From: a virus
Virus record (IMG/VR): IMGVR_UViG_3300001041_000020
Coordinates: 7,709-71,708 of that record
DNA length: 64,000 nucleotides
Direction: 5' to 3' (one strand)
Shown: one piece after another, positions 17,585-25,991 of the stretch
Numbering within the stretch: the stretch's first letter is position 1
Layout: the number at the start of each line of letters is the position of its first letter
Made by a program: the position numbers and the translations under genes
The notes under the pieces: model-generated
The model's input: the letters and a program-made list of their open reading frames with translations, nothing else
Told to the model about the DNA's origin: nothing
The model's database searches: none

Positions 17585-18052
17585 TTATCTTAATAAATTA
17601 GCAAGAATGCGTATAACCCGATGTAGGGTAAGCATACTGTAAACCAGTAAAAATATAAAAATTAATGTCATTATTTGAAGATTAAGTGTCGTTGTACCTG
17701 TAAAGGCAATGGCTGAAATACAATAAAAGGTTAGGAGTAAGGAAACGGTTATAGAATCAACCATGTATCGAAGTATATGATCATAAACACTTCGCCCATC
17801 TGCCCTTGTAACTTGCTGTAGGCCTTGTACAATTTGTTTTTCGGCAAGAGCGTAGAAAATTGTTAAGGCTGTTGCAAGGAATCCCACCGAAATGGCGCTA
17901 AAGTTAATCGTCGCTGATAAAACGTCTTTTAGAATTACTAAAGAACATTTATCTAAATTACGTACAAAGAAGAATGAGAGAACAACAAATATAATGCTTA
18001 ATAAAAGAGGGTGAAATCGTTCCCATTTATAAGCCAATATTATCATCTCCAT
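17585..18052 (-). CDS. Multi-pass (about 4 TM) membrane protein
   Basis: Hydrophobic segments; FSAISVGFLATAL; coupled to upstream gene. Confidence 0.7.
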   Translation of the reverse strand: MEMIILAYKWERFHPLLLSIIFVVLSFFFVRNLDKCSLVILKDVLSATINFSAISVGFLATALTIFYALAEKQIVQGLQQVTRADGRSVYDHILRYMVDSITVSLLLTFYCISAIAFTGTTTLNLQIMTLIFIFLLVYSMLTLHRVIRILANLLR

Positions 18053-18054
18053 TC

Positions 18055-18915
18055 TCAGAGAAATTGAGCAAGAATCTCCTGTCGCCTATTATTATACGCT
18101 GTAAGTAGGAAATTGTACATTAATTCCTTTGTTAGAGGATTCTGGCGATTAGCATTGAACAAATTCACCTCAACCATGCGGTCATGTAAAAGGTCAATTG
18201 GCAATACTCTTTCATCCTCTTCCTCTTTACCATATATCTTTAATACAGAAACTTGTTCACGATTGCTTAAAAGGGTTTGAATAATCCTTCGAATGGGATT
18301 TGTGTTCAAGGACGAGTTGCGCTCGAGGCTGTCCGATTGAAGTTCAAGGGAAATTTTTCCTCCGTTAGTAGCGCGTAAGATGTTGATTAAGGCTTGAGTG
18401 CTATCATCAGGATTTACAAAAATATTAGTGTTCGTGGGTACGGCAAATTTAAATTCGATTCGTTTAATGAAGTTTTGATGAGCCATCCTTGCTAATGCAT
18501 CCCTAGTAAGTACTGGTGATAGCTCAAATTGATTAGGATTATCTACTAGGAACTTTGATATGTATTCTCTGAAAGCCCCGGACTTTGTGCCATAATGATT
18601 ATACTGCATTGCTATGACTCTTGTTCTTGGATCATAAATGAATGATGCTTCTTCTCCGACGCCCTCATTTTCGGCTAAAACAAAGTCATCTACTTCCCCA
18701 TTAAGGTTTGCTCGTTTTGGTATTTCATTCATACGTATTTTTACAATTGTCCCCAGCCAATAGCCTGCATCTAAAAAAAGGTGGTTTATTGATGCATATT
18801 CTTTTCCGATCCGTTTTGTTCGATCGGGAATTGGAGTATTTTGTATTGTCTCGAATACCGACTCCAACGTGATTTCGGGTTCAATGATCCCAAAAAAATC
18901 AATATTAATGCTCAT
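18055..18915 (-). CDS. DUF6731/DUF4747-like protein, putative defence component
   Basis: KIRMNEIP, EGVGEEASFIYDP, MQYNHYG, PIDLLHDRM; AT-rich moron. Confidence 0.6.
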   Translation of the reverse strand: MSINIDFFGIIEPEITLESVFETIQNTPIPDRTKRIGKEYASINHLFLDAGYWLGTIVKIRMNEIPKRANLNGEVDDFVLAENEGVGEEASFIYDPRTRVIAMQYNHYGTKSGAFREYISKFLVDNPNQFELSPVLTRDALARMAHQNFIKRIEFKFAVPTNTNIFVNPDDSTQALINILRATNGGKISLELQSDSLERNSSLNTNPIRRIIQTLLSNREQVSVLKIYGKEEEDERVLPIDLLHDRMVEVNLFNANRQNPLTKELMYNFLLTAYNNRRQEILAQFL

Positions 18916-19151
18916 ACCCAATAATTTCCTCCTCAATACTTAATAATAAATTCTAAATATTTAAATTTCGACAGTTAAGTTTCTATTCCTACCTGTGACA
19001 CTCTTAATGGTTATACGACTATTTTTGCACAAAATAAGAGGCCTTGTTGTTGGACCTTCTTGTTTTGTGAGACAGGTTTCCCCTTACTTCGCAAGCAAGT
19101 TATGAGATGATTAGAGTTAATGAGAGAAGAAGAGTTTGGAGGAAACCTAGA

Positions 19152-20162
19152 ATGAGTACTGAAATGGAAAAATGGCGAGATGGTTATTACAAAGAAATGG
19201 GAACCACATATAAGAATCATGTTAACAAATTTGTTGATTATCTCAAACATATTGGAAAGGCTGATATGCCAAATATGGTAACCCTTGATGATGTTCGTAA
19301 TTGCGTAGGTCATTATGTTAAGTATGGAACACTGCGGGCAATAGGAACTATGGAATCACATTTAGAATCTTTAAAGAGTTTTTATGACTACTTGCTTAAA
19401 ACGGGTAAATCTCAAGATATATTTTCTCAAATGAATTATGAAGAATTTAAAAATAATCTATCAATTCAATTTCATTTAGCCGAAAAAATTGGAAGAGAAA
19501 CGTTCAGCGTAGAAACTATGATAGACATACTATCAAAACTAGATAATTACTTAGAAGTTGATTACTATAAATTAAATGGAACTCAGGTTCAAAATAGATA
19601 CTTAAATTGGACAGCACTGAGTTTATTTATTAAACTTACCCTTGTTGCCCCTGCGAAAAGGCAAGTGATAGGTAATCTTAGGTTTTCCGATTTTGGCGAA
19701 GACTTACGATCAGTAGTTGTAAATGAGATAGAACTTGCTATTCCAAACTCTTTGAGGCGTGACTTGAAGAATGCAATAGAATTAGCAAAAAATATAGGTA
19801 ACGAAAGTATTAAAGCAGATGATGAAATTTTTAAGTTTATTATTATAGGTTCGAATTTCAGTGAGGAAAGCCTTAACCGATGGTTTTGTTCCTTTATTAA
19901 GGACCAGCATATTGTAGGAATTAATGAAATTGACAATGAAAAGGATACTTACCCAGTTGAGCCAATTCAGAAAACTGCAATTAGCAATATGGTTAAGGGA
20001 AAGGCGAATTTAGCGTATATCTCTAAGGTGAGTGGAATCAAAATTGGAAGATTAGAAGAAGCTTATCATGACGAGATCTTTGAGATTGATCAACAACAGC
20101 CACCGGTAAGCGAAGCTATAGATTGGGAAATTAGAAAAAGTAGGTATTATTCTTACATATAG
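19152..20162 (+). CDS. Degenerate tyrosine-recombinase-fold protein
   Basis: Core-binding-like N-half (TYKNHVNKFVDYL, LKSFYDYL); catalytic motifs altered. Confidence 0.6.
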   Translation: MSTEMEKWRDGYYKEMGTTYKNHVNKFVDYLKHIGKADMPNMVTLDDVRNCVGHYVKYGTLRAIGTMESHLESLKSFYDYLLKTGKSQDIFSQMNYEEFKNNLSIQFHLAEKIGRETFSVETMIDILSKLDNYLEVDYYKLNGTQVQNRYLNWTALSLFIKLTLVAPAKRQVIGNLRFSDFGEDLRSVVVNEIELAIPNSLRRDLKNAIELAKNIGNESIKADDEIFKFIIIGSNFSEESLNRWFCSFIKDQHIVGINEIDNEKDTYPVEPIQKTAISNMVKGKANLAYISKVSGIKIGRLEEAYHDEIFEIDQQQPPVSEAIDWEIRKSRYYSYI

Positions 20163-20177
20163 AAGGAGCACAACCCC

Positions 20178-20426
20178 ATGAAAATCCTCGCAACCCCCAT
20201 CGAAGTCCTAGCCCACTTCGAACTAGACGGCACACCCCACCCGCTCCGCTTCAAACTCAACGGAGAAACAATCAGGATCGAGCAGGTCGTCTCAGTCACC
20301 GAAGAGAAGCTGGCCGGCAATCGTATGCTGATCTTCCGCTGCCAGAGCGAGATTAAGGGAGTACTAAAGCCGTTTGAGATTAAGTATGAGTTGGGTACCT
20401 GCAAATGGTATCTGTGGAAAATGTGA
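20178..20426 (+). CDS. Small conserved clostridial protein (DUF6504-like)
   Basis: PIEVLAHF...P.PLRF...FRCQS...KWYL. Confidence 0.6.
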   Translation: MKILATPIEVLAHFELDGTPHPLRFKLNGETIRIEQVVSVTEEKLAGNRMLIFRCQSEIKGVLKPFEIKYELGTCKWYLWKM

Positions 20427-20555
20427 GAATAATAACCTTTGACCCAAGACATAATACTCCCACTAAATCGCTCGTCCTACTTTACCCTCATCGGAATGGT
20501 GGGGGCCTTTTTGTTTTGTATATGTAAAGGGGAGTTGTACTCCTCCCTCGAAGCT

Positions 20556-20630
20556 GGATCCCGCGACCTCTCCAGCAGTTGGCTGGATCATCGGTTTCGG
20601 CCACGTCCCGAGCGGCCATCATCAGGCCGT
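20556..20630 (-). ncRNA. Putative hammerhead ribozyme (type I-like)
   Basis: CUGAUGA-(U)GGCCGC/GUGGCC stem II-GAAA-stem III-GUC, intergenic at operon 3' end. Confidence 0.6.
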
Positions 20631-20634
20631 TAAG

Positions 20635-21135
20635 TTATTTGGATTCTCCCCAGCTAATCAATCTCCAGCCCTTCCACTGGTGACTAATATTTTTGCGTTT
20701 GCCTTGCATAGAGTATTTTATTTTACTTATTCCGTCCCACGCTTGCTGGACTGTACCGTCAAGCATATCAGCGTGATCGCGCAGCCAAAGCTTGAGATTA
20801 CGGCACTCATATATCCGTCCATCGGGAGCTTGGATAACCCAATCTTTTGCGTTGACATGCGTTTCAAATCTTCCGGTCAGAGGGCGAAGGGGTAACATTT
20901 CGTGTGCTTTTGCTAAGGCGACAGTATTTACTCCTGCCTCATATAGCTTTTGACGATGTATTTTAGAGCACTCCGCACTACAGGTTTTAGTTGGATTGCT
21001 TTGCGGATCAGCAAAGGTTGACCCGCAAACTATACATATTTTATGATTAGTTTTCCATTTTGCGTAGCAATCCATGGAGCAGGCGCTTTTATTGCGTCCT
21101 TTGGGTTTGCCACAGATGGGACATATTTTATTCAT
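20635..21135 (-). CDS. Zn-finger protein with NUMOD-like C-terminal domain
   Basis: CPICG/CSMDC, CIVCG/CSAEC; PDGRIYECRNL, WKGWRL. Confidence 0.6.
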   Translation of the reverse strand: MNKICPICGKPKGRNKSACSMDCYAKWKTNHKICIVCGSTFADPQSNPTKTCSAECSKIHRQKLYEAGVNTVALAKAHEMLPLRPLTGRFETHVNAKDWVIQAPDGRIYECRNLKLWLRDHADMLDGTVQQAWDGISKIKYSMQGKRKNISHQWKGWRLISWGESK

Positions 21136-21268
21136 CCTTTCTCATATCCTCTATTAACTTTTTAATCTTAGCATGCTCATCATCAGTAACATAGATTACC
21201 TGTTTTTTGCGTCCGGTCGGCTTACGTCCGGCTCCAGGGCGAAAACCACCATGTTCAGCTTTCTGCAT
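21128..21268 (-). CDS. 46-aa GGxRxGAGRK small DNA-binding protein (not in ORF track)
   Basis: MQKAEHGGFRPGAGRKPTGRKKQVIYVTDDE; RBS GGAG. Confidence 0.65.
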   Translation of the reverse strand: MQKAEHGGFRPGAGRKPTGRKKQVIYVTDDEHAKIKKLIEDMRKDE

Positions 21269-21280
21269 AATTTACATCTC

Positions 21281-21883
21281 CTATTCCCACGCTTCAGAAA
21301 ATTCACTATCCGCAAATAATTCAGCGAGCCCGCTAATCTGCTTTAACCTTAGTACCTCATCTGGTTCCATGCCTAATTCTTTTGCAATCTTATTGTCACT
21401 CCAATTACGACGTGATAACTCTAAAACAATATCGCTCATGGCAGTTACAGCATGCTTTCCTCTTGCCCGATTATGGCGAATAGTAGAAGCTATGCGGTCA
21501 CCTTTATCCAATCTGCTAGCGTTGATAATTGTGATAGGCAGATAACCATGCACGCGGATGCGGACATTTTCGCATTCTTTACCGACCCTGTTACGGTGGA
21601 ATCCATCGACAACCTCGTAGTGATCATCATCCCAGAAACTAACAATAGGCTGGGTATAACCATCTTCACTGATGCTATGTTGGAGTAATTTCATTTCTGG
21701 TGGGGCAACAGTGTTAGGGTTATAGTCATTGGCTTGGACTTGTTCTCCTGGGACCCATATAACACAGTCAACAGGATCATCCTTAAAAGGACTTATTTCA
21801 TGTAGTGCCAGTTTGATCTTATTGATTCTGGCGATGCGTTCATCAATCGGCAATGTGGCTATCTCTTTTAAAATATTTTCCAT
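21281..21883 (-). CDS. ibrB: IbrB/YbdM-like ParB-nuclease-domain protein
   Basis: ANDYNPNTVAPPEMKLL, VVDGFHR, STIRHNRARGKH. Confidence 0.88.
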   Translation of the reverse strand: MENILKEIATLPIDERIARINKIKLALHEISPFKDDPVDCVIWVPGEQVQANDYNPNTVAPPEMKLLQHSISEDGYTQPIVSFWDDDHYEVVDGFHRNRVGKECENVRIRVHGYLPITIINASRLDKGDRIASTIRHNRARGKHAVTAMSDIVLELSRRNWSDNKIAKELGMEPDEVLRLKQISGLAELFADSEFSEAWE

Positions 21884-23067
21884 TCACGCCGTCTCCGTTT
21901 CATCAACTTTTGATATTTCTCGTAAGCGTTAGACTTTGTTTGAGTAAATGACAGCCCTTTTCCCCAGTAATCATTGCGCAAAAGCATCTTACAAATACGT
22001 CTCCAACTAGGAACCTTTTTTGCCGCCTCGTCTTTCGGATCTGCAAAATCAGGTATTCCGCGAGAATATCCTCTATCCTCGTACCATTTTAAAAATACTG
22101 CAACCTTATTCTCGAAGTGTTCCTTGGTTCTGTCCGGCATGCTAGAAAGGAGCATCATTGCGAAGGATTCCCAAGTGTGCCCATCTGGCTTCGTGATTTT
22201 GATATTGCCCATAATATTTCCTGTTTCTTGAACGTAGAGAGCGCCATGATTCGCTCCGCTTACCCTGGCAACAATCTTGCCCCAAGTCTCTGGCTCAATG
22301 ATGTGAAACAGCCACAACCCGCGCCTCTGATCGTCTCCGTAAGGCTGACAGATCCGCATTTGATGGATGGTTAATCCGGCTTGGTGCATCAAGTCATAAA
22401 GTTTGTTATATGGCTTATCAAGCTTGGCATTATATGTCCAGATATCGGATGTTCTCCAGTCGTAAATAGGGTAGACGTTGTATAAACCTTGACCTAACCA
22501 TGTAGTATATCCCTTATCCTCAAACTTCGATTTTTTACCAACTATGGTGCGATATCGGTTCAATGACTCATCAGACCTAATGCCGACGAAACAGGCTGTA
22601 AGTTTTCCATCGCCAAACCATCGCCCAAACTCCGGGACAAATTCTTCAAACTCCATATCGTAATGGTAAAAAGGGAAATAGGTGCGATCCGTAATCGCTA
22701 TCTTGGGTGGTTGGCGCACCCATTCAACGTTATTTCCCCAGCAAGTCCATTTTGGTTGATATTGACTCACAGCATTTCGCAGGGCAATAGGGAGTGACAC
22801 CCAATAAGGCTCGATATGGTCTGCATAGTGAGCGTACATATGCTGGATGTGATCAATTGTAATTTTGTACTGGGCTTCTAAATCAACAAACAGTACACCT
22901 ACTTTACGATTGCGTTTAATGGCCTCACTCATGACCAAGTGGAGCATGACGCTACTATCTTTGCCTCCGCTAAAGCTTACGTAAATGCGGGGGAAGTTAT
23001 CAAAGATGTAGGTTATTCGTTCTCTAGCTGCTGTGAGGACGTCGATTCCGAGCGGTTTTTTAGCCAT
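21868..23067 (-). CDS. ibrA: IbrA/YbdN-like PAPS-reductase/DUF3440 protein
   Basis: SFSGGKDS, GIRSDESLNR, YPIYDW, MRICQPYGD, PSWRRICK..LRNDYW. Confidence 0.9.
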   Translation of the reverse strand: MAKKPLGIDVLTAARERITYIFDNFPRIYVSFSGGKDSSVMLHLVMSEAIKRNRKVGVLFVDLEAQYKITIDHIQHMYAHYADHIEPYWVSLPIALRNAVSQYQPKWTCWGNNVEWVRQPPKIAITDRTYFPFYHYDMEFEEFVPEFGRWFGDGKLTACFVGIRSDESLNRYRTIVGKKSKFEDKGYTTWLGQGLYNVYPIYDWRTSDIWTYNAKLDKPYNKLYDLMHQAGLTIHQMRICQPYGDDQRRGLWLFHIIEPETWGKIVARVSGANHGALYVQETGNIMGNIKITKPDGHTWESFAMMLLSSMPDRTKEHFENKVAVFLKWYEDRGYSRGIPDFADPKDEAAKKVPSWRRICKMLLRNDYWGKGLSFTQTKSNAYEKYQKLMKRRRREWKIF

Positions 23068-23822
23068 TTCTCAACCCCCTGGACAAAATATTTAGTCTTT
23101 ACTTTATCTGCTTTTACAATTTCAGCACAATAATTGTAATTATTTAATGCCTCCATAAGCGATTCCCACAAATTATGGTGGGTATTATTAACGGAAGAAT
23201 ATGCGAATTTACTATTTTGCAGTGATTTTACGAGTTCATTAATGTCCATTCGCTCACAAAGCATTCTTAAGTACTTATTAAGTTTCGAAACGTCAATCCG
23301 CATTGTTTCGGAAATGAATTTTCTTTGCTCATCGGTTAGATCCCCAATGACGGTCATATTTAAAGCCGCATAATGAGTTTGCTTTGAAGAAGTTATACTA
23401 TCTGGTTCTGGTTTACTGGGTTCATACCCCATGCTCCTAAGCTGATCTATAACATCCTCTTCGGTTATCTTGATAATGTCCCCATCATTACTTACAATAC
23501 AAAAATACTTATCTACATTTTTCCATGATGTCTGCGACTTAACTTGGTAGATGTGTCCGGACTCAAGAATGTATTCAGCCATAATTCCTCTTGATCCCTT
23601 GGAATTTGATCTCGAATATTCCTTTTTGTACTTCAAAAAGTTACGAAGGTATTTATATTTCGGATCGAATCCTGTTATTTCAGCAACCCATCCAGAGGAA
23701 GGCGTGTTGCCGAATGTAACATCGCCAATACCGGGTAGTAATTCATTAGATAAATTCCTGTAAAGCTTGTTTAATTGCCGAACATCATCGCCAAATAGCT
23801 CAATCTCAAGATAAGCTTTCAT
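23013..23822 (-). CDS. Hypothetical protein upstream of ibrA
   Basis: WVAEITGFDPKY, YSRSNSKGSRG; same operon. Confidence 0.7.
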   Translation of the reverse strand: MKAYLEIELFGDDVRQLNKLYRNLSNELLPGIGDVTFGNTPSSGWVAEITGFDPKYKYLRNFLKYKKEYSRSNSKGSRGIMAEYILESGHIYQVKSQTSWKNVDKYFCIVSNDGDIIKITEEDVIDQLRSMGYEPSKPEPDSITSSKQTHYAALNMTVIGDLTDEQRKFISETMRIDVSKLNKYLRMLCERMDINELVKSLQNSKFAYSSVNNTHHNLWESLMEALNNYNYCAEIVKADKVKTKYFVQGVEKWLKNRSESTSSQQLENE

Positions 23823-23842
23823 TCATGATTCTCCTTATCTTT

Positions 23843-23873
23843 TAAGGGGCTAACGGTTTAGTATTAGCCCCTT
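23843..23873. terminator. Hairpin terminator/attenuator
   Basis: AAGGGGCTAA...TTAGCCCCTT. Confidence 0.6.
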
Positions 23874-23896
23874 TGATTCTATTAGCTTTTATACTT

Positions 23897-24301
23897 CTAA
23901 CATAAGCAGTCGCACAATGCTACTTCATCATCACATATAACTCCATTATCATTTTCAAATACCGGAGAGCCATCCACATAAATCCTTAGTCGATTGCACT
24001 GAACAGAGTAACGAGCTTCTTTTTTTGATCCGTTTCTCGCAAAGGGGTTTTCCTCGCTCGAATACACTGGTGTTCCATTCTCGTTGTACTCGTTAAAATC
24101 CGATAGATCTATGTTGAACGATTTTAAGTACTCATCACCTTTTAGTAATTTTTCCTTAAGCCTACCATGGATGGACTGACATTCTTCTAATGTTATCTCT
24201 CCGAACACCTTTAATTCGGTGTATGCCCCGAATGAGTGGTTATGGTCGCTGCTTTGGCTGTAGACGAATCCTGACACATGAGAAAGTTTTTTCATTTTCA
24301 T
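23897..24301 (-). CDS. Hypothetical protein
   Basis: RBS GAGG; directly downstream of sigA promoter. Confidence 0.6.
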   Translation of the reverse strand: MKMKKLSHVSGFVYSQSSDHNHSFGAYTELKVFGEITLEECQSIHGRLKEKLLKGDEYLKSFNIDLSDFNEYNENGTPVYSSEENPFARNGSKKEARYSVQCNRLRIYVDGSPVFENDNGVICDDEVALCDCLC

Positions 24302-24332
24302 TTCCTCGCTCTCATTTCTTAATCTTGATATA

Positions 24333-24361
24333 AGTATACCAAAATCAAAAACATACGTCAA
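24333..24361 (-). promoter_or_regulatory. sigA promoter of the ibrAB-containing operon
   Basis: TTGACG-17-TATACT with extended TG. Confidence 0.7.
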
Positions 24362-24702
24362 CATGATTTTAGTGTATTTTAATCAAATTGCATAATTATT
24401 TACAAACAAAACAGCCCCCCAGCTTTCGCCAGGGGCCAATATTATTGTTTCGGCGGCTCCATCATTATAGTCAATAATTCCATTAACCCTTCCATTAATA
24501 GTTCCATTCGATCTTCGCGTTACTGGAATCGTTACTGGAATTGCAAGAAACCTTCAAACCCTTGCGCACCAAGGCTCAGAGGTATGTCAGTGGGCGAAAT
24601 AAAAACACACTTAAAATCTCGTAACATATACCCTTTTTTCTATAAAATAAATACCCCGATCGCTCGGCCCGCAGGGATCGATGCGAAGGGGGTAAGCTGT
24701 GT

Positions 24703-24900
24703 CTAATTAGTCGATTCCTTTGCCTTTTTTATCTCCTGTACCGTTTTCTCGATCTCCCTCACCGACTCAACCAGCCCCGCATTTGCTTGGCGTACTCCAT
24801 TCCTGACAGCTGCCCTGATGATGCCGTAGAAGAGGATGAGGGACAAGAACCACAGACAGAGGAAGAGGAGGAAATTAGGGAGGAGGAATGCGTCGCGCAT
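24703..24900 (-). CDS. Small membrane protein (DUF6019-like)
   Basis: TM followed by IIRAAVRNGV. Confidence 0.55.
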   Translation of the reverse strand: MRDAFLLPNFLLFLCLWFLSLILFYGIIRAAVRNGVRQANAGLVESVREIEKTVQEIKKAKESTN

Positions 24901-24923
24901 GGGATCATTCCTTTCAATGGTGG

Positions 24924-25898
24924 TTAATCATTCTGTGACGTTATGGTAATCGTATCAGTCTTATAATCAGATTTAGCCGTAACATTCTGAAGGATTAATG
25001 CTCCAAAGGCATTTTTAGCTCTGTATGTCATTTTAACGATTAAGTGGTCTCCTTTATCTGAGTATGTCGTTTTTTCGTGATCGAAGCTCTTTGGGTCGTT
25101 TAAGTTCTTTTTGAGTAAATCTACTAGATGGGTATGCGATCCGTCCCACGAACTAAACTGCCCCTTAATCCATGCTTGGTATTTCTTTTGAGCATATAGC
25201 CTTTCAAAATCTGCTTTCACCTCGGTCTTTTCGGCATCTGTTAGACGGTTGAAATATTTGTCTTCGATTTCTGCGAAATGCTTCAATTCATCTTCGGAAA
25301 ATAATTTATATTGAGCCATTATTAATAATGCCTTATCAGAGTCTGTAATCTTAGCTGCCTCGGCCTTTTCCTGAGCTATCTGTTCGGCGGTCTTCCCTGA
25401 TTGTGATGCTGTCGTTGGCGCCGTTGCGTCCTCGCCTCCAATAATACTACCAACCGTGCCAAATATGACTAGATAACCTACGATAGCGACAGCCATTTTC
25501 CACTTAGTCTTTGATCGAAAACCGAGAATCTTATTCCACCATTTTCGAGGAATTTCCTCTAAGCGTATATTAGTGTTTGCCTTAACTAAGGCGGCAACAT
25601 CTTTACCCTTTTGGTTTACCTTCAATTCATAGGTTCTTGTGTCGCTTTTTAAGATAAAGACTGACTGGGTAAACAAATGGTCAACGGTTGCGCTAGTCCA
25701 GTTCTCCCACTTCTCCTCGGATAACTTGCTGGCAGACCCATTCTTAAAATCGTACTGCTCAAATCCAGTGGTCGAAAAGACTAAAAATGAATTCAGTTTA
25801 CCCTGAACATCCGTGACAAGTGCCGGAAAAATTCCTAACTGATTTAAATAAATTTTAAATGCGTCTATCGGTTTTTGTTGTTTCTCTTTCTTTGCCAT
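24924..25898 (-). CDS. Bitopic membrane protein, possible superinfection exclusion
   Basis: ILGFRSKTKWKM plus TM; C-terminal FSSWDGSH...LNDPKSF...YRAKNAFG. Confidence 0.6.
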   Translation of the reverse strand: MAKKEKQQKPIDAFKIYLNQLGIFPALVTDVQGKLNSFLVFSTTGFEQYDFKNGSASKLSEEKWENWTSATVDHLFTQSVFILKSDTRTYELKVNQKGKDVAALVKANTNIRLEEIPRKWWNKILGFRSKTKWKMAVAIVGYLVIFGTVGSIIGGEDATAPTTASQSGKTAEQIAQEKAEAAKITDSDKALLIMAQYKLFSEDELKHFAEIEDKYFNRLTDAEKTEVKADFERLYAQKKYQAWIKGQFSSWDGSHTHLVDLLKKNLNDPKSFDHEKTTYSDKGDHLIVKMTYRAKNAFGALILQNVTAKSDYKTDTITITSQND

Positions 25899-25991
25899 TC
25901 AACACACACTCCTAATCCTTTACATACAATTGTCTTTCTTCCTTATAAATTAGAGGATTCCTGCAACTCGACAGGATTAATGGTTTTACGA

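Noticed and set aside
21170-21190. Second hammerhead (minus-strand CTGATGA)
   Set aside because: Inside a small CDS (VTDDE) with no stem II or GAAA; CTGATGA near 3319 and 31224 also lack the rest of the core.
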